Of a stretch of 24,000 nucleotides of DNA, positions 16,486-24,000 are shown one piece after another. Below the pieces are notes generated by a model. The model saw only the letters and a list, made by a program, of their open reading frames with translations, had not been told where the DNA came from and made no database searches. The stretch is from Acaryochloris sp. IP29b_bin.137 (lineage in GTDB: Bacteria > Cyanobacteriota > Cyanobacteriia > Thermosynechococcales > Thermosynechococcaceae): assembly GCF_028285745.1 (NCBI RefSeq), contig NZ_JANQOP010000103.1, positions 1-24,000 of the forward strand, read 5' to 3'. Within the stretch, counting starts at the first letter, position 1; every line of letters begins with the position of its first letter. A program made the position numbers and the translations under genes.

Positions 16486-17859
16486 GTGGAATTGGTATGG
16501 TTTCTAGTAGGGTTAGGCTGCGGTCTCGGACTACTGGCAATATTTGCCCACCGCTATAATGACCGTCTAGAACAAATCATTCATGCTTTACCGAGTGAAC
16601 ACTATCAGTCGGCGCTTTCCCCACTAAGCCGACTGTCTCGGGTCACTCATGCCTTGCAAGATGAACTCCAACGCAACGAGCAGGAGATCCTGGGCTGGCA
16701 AGATGTCCTCTATCGGTCGCCGATTGGCTATTTACAAGTGAACGGGGTGGATAACCTGTATTGGATCAATGAACGGGCATGTGATCTCCTCTCCATCCAC
16801 CATCGCTCATGGGAAACTCTACCGAATTGTCTACTCTTGGAAGTCGTGAGATCCCTGGAACTCGATCAGCTAATTCGTCAGGTGCGGACCCATCAGCAGG
16901 AACATCAGATCGATTGGAACCTGCATCACTCAGAGCGTTCCCAGGAAAAACCGCTGCGCGCTGTTGGCATTCCCTTACCGAAAGGACATGTGGGGGTCTT
17001 TATCGAAGATCGAACAGAAGCGAAAAACCTAGCAGATGATCGCGATCGCTGGACGTCAGATGTTGCCCATGAACTCAAAACCCCCTTAACGTCGATCCGA
17101 CTGATGGTCGAAACCCTAGAGCAGCAGGTGAGCTGGCAACATCGAACTCATATTGATCGACTGCTGCAGGAAGTCATTCGCTTAAGCGATCTGGTCAAGG
17201 ACTTATTAGAACTGAGTCGAATCACCTTTAATCAGGCCCAAACACTACAACGCCAATCCATCAACGTTCCCAGCTTGATTCACAAAGCTTGGCTGAATCT
17301 AGAACCCCTGGCCCAACAACGTAATTTATCGCTGTTTTACCAAGGCTTAGAGGATTTCATCTTGGAAGTTGACAAGAATCGGTTGTATCGCGTGTTTCTG
17401 AATCTTTTAGATAATGCCATCAAACATAGTCCCATCGATCAACCGATTCTTGTTCAGGTGGAGACGGAAACTGCTTCTCCCCAACCTGGAGAACCGAATC
17501 AATGGCTATGTATTGACATTATTGACACCGGCTCAGGCTTCTCGGCAGAAGTGCTTCCCCATGTTTTTAAGCGGTTCTATCGTTCTGATCCCTCTCGAGT
17601 ACGGAGCACCTTTTCCCTTAACCAGTCTGAGCTCCTTGAACGTCAATCCAGCTCTAGCTTGGAACCTACTGCCACCTCTATCCTCGTCTCTGGTTCTGAG
17701 CCTGAACTACCGGCGACTGCCACATCCCAAGGGGGAAGTGGATTGGGACTTGCGATCGCACAGCAAATCATTCTTGCTCACGGCGGCACCATTCGAGCCC
17801 GCAATCATCCCCAAACGGGCGGTGCTTGGCTACAAATCCTCCTGCCTTGCAATACCTAA
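16486..17859 (+). CDS. Sensor histidine kinase with an N-terminal membrane anchor, PAS-like region, HisKA and HATPase_c; PhoR/SphS-like layout
   Basis: GTG start. One N-terminal hydrophobic helix and no periplasmic loop. H-box 'SDVAHELKTPLTSI', N-box 'LLDNAIKHSP', G1 'DTGSGF', F-box 'FKRFYRSD', G2 'GGSGLGLAIA'. It lies 46 bp downstream of the regulator. Assigning it to phosphate sensing is only an architectural guess. Confidence 0.92.
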   Translation: MELVWFLVGLGCGLGLLAIFAHRYNDRLEQIIHALPSEHYQSALSPLSRLSRVTHALQDELQRNEQEILGWQDVLYRSPIGYLQVNGVDNLYWINERACDLLSIHHRSWETLPNCLLLEVVRSLELDQLIRQVRTHQQEHQIDWNLHHSERSQEKPLRAVGIPLPKGHVGVFIEDRTEAKNLADDRDRWTSDVAHELKTPLTSIRLMVETLEQQVSWQHRTHIDRLLQEVIRLSDLVKDLLELSRITFNQAQTLQRQSINVPSLIHKAWLNLEPLAQQRNLSLFYQGLEDFILEVDKNRLYRVFLNLLDNAIKHSPIDQPILVQVETETASPQPGEPNQWLCIDIIDTGSGFSAEVLPHVFKRFYRSDPSRVRSTFSLNQSELLERQSSSSLEPTATSILVSGSEPELPATATSQGGSGLGLAIAQQIILAHGGTIRARNHPQTGGAWLQILLPCNT

Positions 17860-17872
17860 AGCCTGCAACCTC

Positions 17873-18682
17873 TTAGTTAAGGTGGGTTGTATCAATCTCA
17901 ACGACGACTGGGGCATGGTCACTCGGTTTTGGCAATCTCCGGGGGGCAACATCGATCGTGCAGGCTTGAGCGCTTTTATAGAGCGCTGGAGTCAGATAGT
18001 GATGATCAATACGCCACCCTAAGTTTTTTGGGAAAGCTCCTGCTCGATAATTCCACCAGCTAAATTGACCAGACTCAGCATTGAACTTGCGAAAAGCATC
18101 CTGCAATCCGAGGTCCAAGATCGTTTGTAAAGCCTGCCGTTCTGCATCAGTTGCCATGATATGGTTTGCCCGATTAGAGGAATCATGGATATCCCGGTCC
18201 TCCAAAGCAATATTAAAATCACCACACACCAGCAAATGAGTTGGCCCTTGAGAACGTAATTGCTCAATATAGTCATGCAGTAATGCCAGCCATTCCAGCT
18301 TATAGATATATTTATCACTCCCCACTTCAGAACCATTGGGGACGTAGAGATTCAAAATTCTTACCCCCGGAGCAATGATCCCCGTAATGAGGCGCTTCTG
18401 CTGATCGAACTTTTGAGCCTGATCATTCTCTAATAGAGGCGAAAAACCGCTACTTACCTCAGATAGTGCTGAGCGACTCACCAGAGCTACGCCGTTATAG
18501 GCTTTTTGGCCTGAAACGTAAACCTGATATCCCTCGTCCAAGAACGGAACGCGGGGAAAGTCCTCATCCACGACCTTGGTTTCCTGCAAACACAAGACAT
18601 CAACTGATTGGGGATACAGCCAGTCCAAGACCTGGTCCAAGCGTGTTCGAATCGAATTGACATTCCAACTGACAATTTTCAT
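17873..18682 (-). CDS. xth: Exodeoxyribonuclease III (Xth/ExoA, EEP family)
   Basis: 'MKIVSWNVNSIRTRL', 'DVLCLQETK', 'GVALVSR', 'LLVCGDFNIA', 'FSWWNYR', 'GWRIDHHYLT' and 'SDHAPVVVEI' are the canonical ExoIII motifs. Confidence 0.93.
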   Translation of the reverse strand: MKIVSWNVNSIRTRLDQVLDWLYPQSVDVLCLQETKVVDEDFPRVPFLDEGYQVYVSGQKAYNGVALVSRSALSEVSSGFSPLLENDQAQKFDQQKRLITGIIAPGVRILNLYVPNGSEVGSDKYIYKLEWLALLHDYIEQLRSQGPTHLLVCGDFNIALEDRDIHDSSNRANHIMATDAERQALQTILDLGLQDAFRKFNAESGQFSWWNYRAGAFPKNLGWRIDHHYLTPALYKSAQACTIDVAPRRLPKPSDHAPVVVEIDTTHLN

Positions 18683-19213
18683 TTGGGGTTCCTGCTAATC
18701 CGTACTCTAAGGCATTAAATATTTATTTACATTGTTCTGCCCTCGAACTTGACTTAATTAGTATCCAAATTGACCATAAGTTTTGCGAATTTATACAAAG
18801 ATAGAGTTAAAGCAATTATCTTTGTTTTGCATTAGCCTTTATCCCATATTTAGGTTTAGCGATTTTTTGCCGATAAGTCCTTTTTCTAAATTATTTTTCT
18901 CAGCGAAAGCTAAGCCCCGCCGTTCATTTACATCCTTCATGGTTTAGTATTGACGTTTTTTTTCGGTCTCCCCTTGGAAAACATAAAGAAAATGTAAATG
19001 CAGTCTTTAGGGATGGGGATCAGTTAACAGCTTGCCCTTAAAGGTTTTTTAGGCCCTTCAGAGCATCTATTCCACAAATTGGGAAACATAATATAAAAAG
19101 GGAAATAACCTAGGCAGAAATTCTTTCTTAGCTGAAGGAGCAGGCTTCTAAATTTATTAAAAAAAATTACGAAGCTTTTCTGTTTGTTAAATTACTAATT
19201 TTCAACACACTCT

Positions 19214-19462
19214 ATGAATACTTTGAGTTCTCCCTCCTTTGCTTGCCGCTATTGTCAACATTATTCCCCTGAAGGAAGACGAGGTGGCCATTGCCAGAGG
19301 CTCGGGGCTCCAGTTCGTGGAGAGTGGAAAGCTTGTTCTCTGATGATCCCGAGTTTTTCCTCTGCTATGGAAGTCATATCCATGAGTCATCACCCCGAAT
19401 CTATAGCAACTTACGGTCTTGAGGCCACATCCACTCCCCGAGTTTTAGCCCCAACTGCTTAA
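19214..19462 (+). CDS. Small hypothetical protein with a CxxC-x12-C-x13-C motif (possible zinc-ribbon-like)
   Basis: 82-aa ORF in an otherwise gene-free 970-bp interval. It has four Cys at residues 11, 14, 27 and 41, and a strong intrinsic terminator about 90 nt downstream. No Shine-Dalgarno sequence is evident and I recognise no family. Confidence 0.5.
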   Translation: MNTLSSPSFACRYCQHYSPEGRRGGHCQRLGAPVRGEWKACSLMIPSFSSAMEVISMSHHPESIATYGLEATSTPRVLAPTA

Positions 19463-19555
19463 ATCCCTGTCTTAGTTCTTATCACTCTATAAATTGCTCA
19501 TTTAATCTAGTGTTGATCTCTCGATCAACTTAAATAACATCAACCCTACACTAGG

Positions 19556-19592
19556 CAACCGGGAGAAGATATTTCTCCCGGTTGTTGTTTTT
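19556..19592 (+). terminator. Rho-independent terminator downstream of the small Cys4 ORF
   Basis: A perfect 12-bp stem, CAACCGGGAGAA (19556-19567) pairing with TTCTCCCGGTTG (19573-19584), with a 5-nt loop. It is followed by TTGTTTTT (19585-19592). Confidence 0.7.
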
Positions 19593-19633
19593 ATCCGTTT
19601 CCGAGGGAAGAGCCTGATAACGGCAGAATGGCG

Positions 19634-19651
19634 AAAATCCCTTTTGAGGGA
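19634..19651 (-). terminator. Weak candidate terminator immediately after the menB stop
   Basis: On the minus strand: TCCCT-caaa-AGGGA (5-bp stem), followed by TTTT, beginning 2 nt after the menB stop codon. The stem is short, so support is weak. Confidence 0.3.
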
Positions 19652-19652
19652 A

Positions 19653-20486
19653 CTAGGGACGCCAAGGAAACTGGCGAAAATCGGGATCACGCTTTTCTAA
19701 AAAGGCATTCTTCCCTTCAGCACTTTCTTCGTTCATATAGAACAACAACGTGGCATTCCCCGCAAGCTCTTGCAAGCCGGCCTGACCATCGCAGTCTGCA
19801 TTGAAGGCAGCTTTAAGGCATCTAATGGCCAGCGGGCTTTTCTGCAGAATTTCTTGTGCCCATCGCACGCCCTCAGCTTCCAACTCACTCACGGGCACCA
19901 CGGTGTTCACTAACCCCATATCTAGAGCAGCCTGAGCATCATATTGCCGACATAAAAACCAAATTTCTCGGGCTCTCTTTTGTCCAACCACCCTAGCCAG
20001 ATAGCTGGCGCCAAAGCCTGCATCAAAACTGCCGACCTTCGGTCCAGTCTGTCCAAACACAGCGTTCTCAGCGGCAATAGACAAATCACAGATCAAATGG
20101 AGCACATGGCCGCCGCCAATGGCATAGCCCGCCACCAGAGCAATCACAACTTTGGGAATCGAGCGGATCAAGCGCTGTAGATCAAGGACGTTCAGGCGAG
20201 GTACACCATCTTCGCCCACATATCCTGCAGATTGTCTAACGCTTTGATCCCCACCCGAACAAAAGGCATATTTACCATCCGTATGGGGGCCTGCTCCTGT
20301 TAATAGAATGACGCCAAGGGAAGGATCTTCACGAGCATCAATAAACGCATCGTAAAGTTCAAAAACGGTTTGGGGCCGGAACGCATTGCGCTTATGGGGC
20401 CTATTGATAGTGATTTTGGCAATACCGTCAGCTTTGTGATAGAGGATATCCTGATACGATTTGACGGATTGCCAGGGTAGGGTCAT
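19653..20486 (-). CDS. menB: 1,4-dihydroxy-2-naphthoyl-CoA synthase (phylloquinone/menaquinone pathway)
   Basis: 277-aa crotonase-fold protein. Motifs: '[23 protein letters not shown]', 'ILLTGAG...AFCSGGDQ', '[16 protein letters not shown]', and the C-terminal '[14 protein letters not shown]'. Confidence 0.95.
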   Translation of the reverse strand: MTLPWQSVKSYQDILYHKADGIAKITINRPHKRNAFRPQTVFELYDAFIDAREDPSLGVILLTGAGPHTDGKYAFCSGGDQSVRQSAGYVGEDGVPRLNVLDLQRLIRSIPKVVIALVAGYAIGGGHVLHLICDLSIAAENAVFGQTGPKVGSFDAGFGASYLARVVGQKRAREIWFLCRQYDAQAALDMGLVNTVVPVSELEAEGVRWAQEILQKSPLAIRCLKAAFNADCDGQAGLQELAGNATLLFYMNEESAEGKNAFLEKRDPDFRQFPWRP

Positions 20487-20495
20487 TACTTACGC

Positions 20496-21086
20496 CTAAT
20501 TTGAAACTTCAGCAAATTCGATGACAGAACCTTCATAGGTCTTCACTAAAAAGTTTAGAGGTTTTTCCCGTCGAATCTTATATTTCACATAGCGAGTTTG
20601 AACCTTGATCAAAATTTGCTCTAGGCAATCATGATCAAAGCAAACATGGCGCTGGCGATTTTTGTCACCAATGCTCGCCCCTCCGATCACGTGAAGCTGC
20701 ACATTTTTTTTGAGTTGATACCAAAATCCATCTGTTCCACCAAACTGCTGCATCGCTGGCCTTCCTAATTCAGTGGACATATACATCGGGTCAATACCCG
20801 ATAATCCTAAGGTTTGTTCATAGTTGTAATAGTAGTGCAGCGGCACCTCAGCGGTTCGAAGTTGCAGCTCTCCCTCAAAGAATTGTCGAGCTACCTCCAA
20901 GTCCGACACCATTAGCGTGTGAACCTTGGGTGCACTGGATAGAAACATCCACATGGCGCCCGCGTAAGCAACCAAAAGCATCACCATGACCCCTTGGGTT
21001 GAGAACAAACCGTCAATGGGTAAAAAGAAACCAGCAACCAGAGGATTCTGCACAGAAACAAGGTTTGAAAAAAGAAGAAGAGTCAT
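20496..21086 (-). CDS. Hypothetical protein: N-terminal hydrophobic anchor plus a glyoxalase/VOC-like fold
   Basis: 196-aa ORF ending 9 bp before the menB start on the same strand. It has a hydrophobic segment (VMVMLLVAYAGAMWMFLSS). VOC-like beta-alpha-beta-beta-beta signatures follow ('VHTLMVSDLEVARQFFEGELQL', 'HVCFDHDCLEQILIKV', 'FLVKTYEGSVIEFAE'). The fold assignment was made by eye. Confidence 0.6.
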   Translation of the reverse strand: MTLLLFSNLVSVQNPLVAGFFLPIDGLFSTQGVMVMLLVAYAGAMWMFLSSAPKVHTLMVSDLEVARQFFEGELQLRTAEVPLHYYYNYEQTLGLSGIDPMYMSTELGRPAMQQFGGTDGFWYQLKKNVQLHVIGGASIGDKNRQRHVCFDHDCLEQILIKVQTRYVKYKIRREKPLNFLVKTYEGSVIEFAEVSN

Positions 21087-21297
21087 TCTGGTTTCTAACG
21101 ATTGGATAAAAGATCAATAGAACATAAAGGGGTAAACCGACAAACAGGCCAATCAACGCTGAACCCACCCATAGCGTCCTACTATTATAAAGATCCTAGC
21201 CAATTTCTTGATGTCTCCCATGAGAGAATTCTCTTCTAGGCCCGTTTTAATCGCGTGCCTTCGACCGGATGATTACTGAGGAAATGCCCCACAAACT

Positions 21298-21768
21298 GTG
21301 ACGAAGCGTATATTGGGGATCGATCCAGGATTAGCATCTCTTGGATTTGGCTCCATCAGAGCGGATCACAACACCCTTGAACTGCTGGATTATGGCATCA
21401 TCCAAACTCCGGCTAAAACCGATGTTGGGAAACGCTTGCAGACCATTTATGAAGACTTGCACCAAGTCCTCACGGATCAAAAGCCAGATTTGGTTGCCTT
21501 AGAAAAGCTCTTTTTCTATCGGATGGGAAATACCATCCTGGTCGCCCAGGCCCGTGGGGTAGTTATGCTGGTTTTAGCCCAGCATCAGTTGCCAGTGATC
21601 GAATATACGCCTGCCCAAATTAAACTGGCCTTGACCGGATACGGTGCCGCCAATAAGGAGGATGTACAGGTGGCTGTTGCCCGGGAACTCAAACTCAGTA
21701 CTTTGCCTCGACCAGACGATGCATCGGATGCATTAGCAGTTGCGCTGACTGCATGGTTCCAACGTTAG
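21298..21768 (+). CDS. ruvC: Crossover junction endodeoxyribonuclease RuvC
   Basis: '[14 protein letters not shown]', '[11 protein letters not shown]', 'VAQARGV', '[22 protein letters not shown]' and '[11 protein letters not shown]' are present. GTG start. Confidence 0.93.
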   Translation: MTKRILGIDPGLASLGFGSIRADHNTLELLDYGIIQTPAKTDVGKRLQTIYEDLHQVLTDQKPDLVALEKLFFYRMGNTILVAQARGVVMLVLAQHQLPVIEYTPAQIKLALTGYGAANKEDVQVAVARELKLSTLPRPDDASDALAVALTAWFQR

Positions 21769-21946
21769 ACGTAAACGACCAATTGAGGTCGCTATAGTTA
21801 CACGCATCGCTCCCCGACCACGGATATTCAATGCATGTCAGGCAAAGATATCAAAAAAAGTTGATATGCTGATTTGTTTTTTTCTGCTCCAACGCTCCGC
21901 AAGCATCTGAAAATGGGCATCCTGAGTAAGTTGATAAGCCATAGCT

Positions 21947-21975
21947 GCCCCTAGGAATTTTTTGCTAGGGGCTTT
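21947..21975. terminator. Hairpin in the convergent ruvC / methyltransferase gap
   Basis: GCCCCTAG (21947-21954) pairs with CTAGGGGC (21965-21972) around a 10-nt T-rich loop. Only TTT follows on the plus strand and there is no T-tract on the minus strand. It lies 23 nt past the methyltransferase stop. Confidence 0.3.
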
Positions 21976-21994
21976 CCTCAATTGTAAGGAGATT

Positions 21995-22690
21995 TTAAAC
22001 GGACTGACCGCTCACCCCGTTCATTGAACATTCCTGGGCGGATGAGGAGAGTCGTTGCTTAACGACTGCAAAAAAAGGATCGCCTCCCCCCAGCCCCATC
22101 CATGACAATAGCGAAGATTGAGGAGGATCGTTGGCAATGAGCTGAGGAGGACCCATGCCTTTCACAGCGCTAAAATAAGACTGCACAAGCTGAAGACGTT
22201 GGTGGTCCGTTCGCTCTCGCCAAGCCTGAATGGCTTTTTGATAGAACATTCGGTTGGAGAAGCTAACAATGACGACGCCGTTAGGTTTAAGAACCCGATG
22301 AATTTCACTGAAAATAGCTTCCGGGTACTGCAGGTACTGCACGGACACGGCGATCACGACGGCATCAAAAGTGCGATCGTCATGGGGGAGCTGGAGGTTT
22401 TGATTAAGATTCTGGACATAGAAGTCATCTAATCGAGGGTTTTTAGCCAGTTCTTCAGCATTCAAACCGTGGCCCACCACCTTGGCAAACTCAATCTCTT
22501 CCGGTAAGTGAGAGACCCAACTACTCATTAAATCGAGGATCGTAAAACCGGGCTGAAGATGCTGCCGATAGAGATCGGTCAACTGTCGGATAAAACCTGC
22601 ATCAACATGAGTGACAAACCGAGGATAACCATAAAACTGAATATCGTCAGTATCGTCTAACTTGGTTCTTTGATCGGGTTGCAACAGCAT
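21995..22690 (-). CDS. Class I SAM-dependent methyltransferase of unknown substrate
   Basis: 231 aa. 'ILDLMSSWVSHLP' (motif I region), 'FDAVVIAVSVQYL' and 'HRVLKPNGVVIVSFSN' fit a Methyltransf_11-type fold. Confidence 0.83.
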   Translation of the reverse strand: MLLQPDQRTKLDDTDDIQFYGYPRFVTHVDAGFIRQLTDLYRQHLQPGFTILDLMSSWVSHLPEEIEFAKVVGHGLNAEELAKNPRLDDFYVQNLNQNLQLPHDDRTFDAVVIAVSVQYLQYPEAIFSEIHRVLKPNGVVIVSFSNRMFYQKAIQAWRERTDHQRLQLVQSYFSAVKGMGPPQLIANDPPQSSLLSWMGLGGGDPFFAVVKQRLSSSAQECSMNGVSGQSV

Positions 22691-22916
22691 AGATGATCAC
22701 ACTTTTTTCTGGATAAAACTGGCCCAAACGAATGACGGCCCAAAGATCATTAAGATTTCTCTGGCTCCACAAGCTTTTCAGCCCATTTCAAAGTGTAAAA
22801 GAAACCGACTGTGAGGTGTGGCCATAGCATAGTTAGGCAAACCCAGACCCACAGCGTAGAAACCGCATCGGGGGGACAGCACACCTATAACCTATTGACT
22901 CTGATGTCACGAAGCC

Positions 22917-23546
22917 TTAAAGGCTCTTGCATAGGAGTAAGCGGTTCGATTGTCCAAACAGGAGGCCAGACCAGTGGACAGGACTGTCTACTCGGTAGTA
23001 TCCAGCTTTGGCATAGAGGCGGCGAGCAGGGGTATTGTCATCCAGAACATGAAGGTAGATGCGATTGTACTCCCACTGGCGCACCAACTCTTCGCAGGCG
23101 AACAAGAGTTGTTTCCCCACACCTTGGCGGCGGCTCTGAGGCAAGACCGCCAAATTTGAAATATAGGGAACCCCTGGGGAAAAGGGCATCCACGGCGACA
23201 GCGACTTTAAGGCTACCTCAACCGTACCGATTAATTTTGGGGTGGAGCGATGGACAATTTGAGCCCCGATTAGACTGGTATAGGGCATCGTTCGCACACT
23301 ATAGCGGGACTGGAGATCGTGGGAGATGCCCATTTGCATCAGCGGGTTAAACCAGGACTTCCAGCCTTCCTGGGGATAGAAGCAATAACTCAATAGGGCT
23401 GCGACGTCAGTCAAATCCTTTTGTTTCAGGGTTCGCAGGCGGAAAGGCGTATTCAATCGACTGACGTACTGAGCGTCTTCGACGGTGAGATCGGTTGGAT
23501 GGAAAATACCTAAATCTGCCACAACGCTACGTTTAAAAAGGTGCAA
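22917..23546 (-). CDS. GNAT-family N-acetyltransferase
   Basis: Acetyl-CoA motif A 'VLPQSRRQGVGKQLL', then 'IYLHVLDDNTPARRLYAKAGY'. The start is uncertain: TTG at 23546, with an in-frame GTG a few codons later. Confidence 0.85.
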   Translation of the reverse strand: MHLFKRSVVADLGIFHPTDLTVEDAQYVSRLNTPFRLRTLKQKDLTDVAALLSYCFYPQEGWKSWFNPLMQMGISHDLQSRYSVRTMPYTSLIGAQIVHRSTPKLIGTVEVALKSLSPWMPFSPGVPYISNLAVLPQSRRQGVGKQLLFACEELVRQWEYNRIYLHVLDDNTPARRLYAKAGYYRVDSPVHWSGLLFGQSNRLLLCKSL

Positions 23547-23573
23547 GAAATCATGTTAAACAGCCGAAAGAAA

Positions 23574-24000
23574 TTAAGGGTTGGTCGGCTCCTCGGTAGA
23601 GGAACTAGCTGAAGAACCGTCATCCGATTCAACATCCAACTCACTTAATGTGGCCTGCATTTCTGGCGTTGCAAATACGACTTTGGTATCGGCAATGAGC
23701 TTTTCTCCCCATAGATTCTCTTCTAAGAACGAGACCTTGCCATAGCGGCCATCTAGCTGCAGGGCTGACTTCGCGAGGGATAAGCCTTCTTCTTTCTTGC
23801 CCTCAACATAGGTAGCCACAGCAAGGGCAAGCTTCGGTTCTCCTGACTTTGCATCAATGGCTATCGCAGCTTCCCACTGCTTGATGGCACGGCCAATATT
23901 CCCATTTTCATAGTGCACTAAGCCAATGTTATTGATGGCAGGCCAAAACTTTTGGTTCTGATCCAGGGACTTCTCGTACTGTTTAATGGCCTCTTTCAAT
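23574..24000 (-). CDS. TPR-repeat protein, 3' part only; the gene continues past the window end
   Basis: TPR-like repeats ('AIKQYEKSLDQNQKFWPAINNIGLVHYENGNIGRAIKQWEAAIAID') and an acidic Ser-rich tail. The frame is open to base 24000, so the 'M' in the ORF track is a window artefact. It ends 27 bp before the GNAT start. Confidence 0.75.
   Translation of the reverse strand, partial: LKEAIKQYEKSLDQNQKFWPAINNIGLVHYENGNIGRAIKQWEAAIAIDAKSGEPKLALAVATYVEGKKEEGLSLAKSALQLDGRYGKVSFLEENLWGEKLIADTKVVFATPEMQATLSELDVESDDGSSASSSTEEPTNP

Noticed and set aside
17414-18022. 202-aa ORF on the plus strand
   Set aside because: It is out of frame within the histidine kinase and then antisense to xth. It has no recognisable domain, and both overlapped genes carry clear motifs.
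22811-23350. 179-aa ORF on the plus strand
   Set aside because: It is fully antisense to the well-supported GNAT gene. Its product is Arg/Gly/Ser/Thr-rich with no motifs, which is typical of a shadow frame.
1-24000. Search for a defence island, mobile element, CRISPR array, prophage or toxin-antitoxin module
   Set aside because: I saw no transposase, integrase or recombinase ORFs, no arrays of direct repeats, no terminal inverted repeats and no nuclease/ATPase/helicase clusters. Nearly every ORF has a housekeeping or conserved cyanobacterial assignment.

Overview
This window reads as ordinary cyanobacterial chromosome, not an accessory island. The lineage call rests on photosynthesis-linked genes (ycf4, menB for phylloquinone, a Delta6 acyl-lipid desaturase) and seven copies of the HIP1 octamer GCGATCGC. 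I support 22 protein-coding genes, densely packed on both strands. They are ycf4, a cyclophilin lipoprotein, a short FabF-like ketoacyl-ACP synthase, a Pro-rich membrane protein, trhO, a Cys-type GST, desD, a Usp plus P-type ATPase pair, rlmD, gltS, an EamA transporter, an OmpR-type regulator with its histidine kinase, xth, a small Cys4 ORF, a VOC-fold protein plus menB, ruvC, a SAM methyltransferase, a GNAT, and a truncated TPR gene. I found no rRNA or tRNA genes, CRISPR arrays, transposases, integrases, phage genes, toxin-antitoxin pairs or recognisable defence genes. I therefore do not claim a novel system here. The leads worth a second look are modest. One is a stand-alone unit of a very AT-rich 531-bp spacer, an 82-aa Cys4 ORF and a strong terminator (18683-19592). 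Another is the P-type ATPase, whose ion-site residues look non-canonical. Others are a kinase with a roughly 40-residue insertion in its ATP lid, a membrane-anchored VOC-fold gene 9 bp upstream of menB, and a bitopic Pro-rich protein with a PilP/GspC-like C-terminal module. All family calls come from reading the translated ORFs and motifs by eye; no database search was possible.
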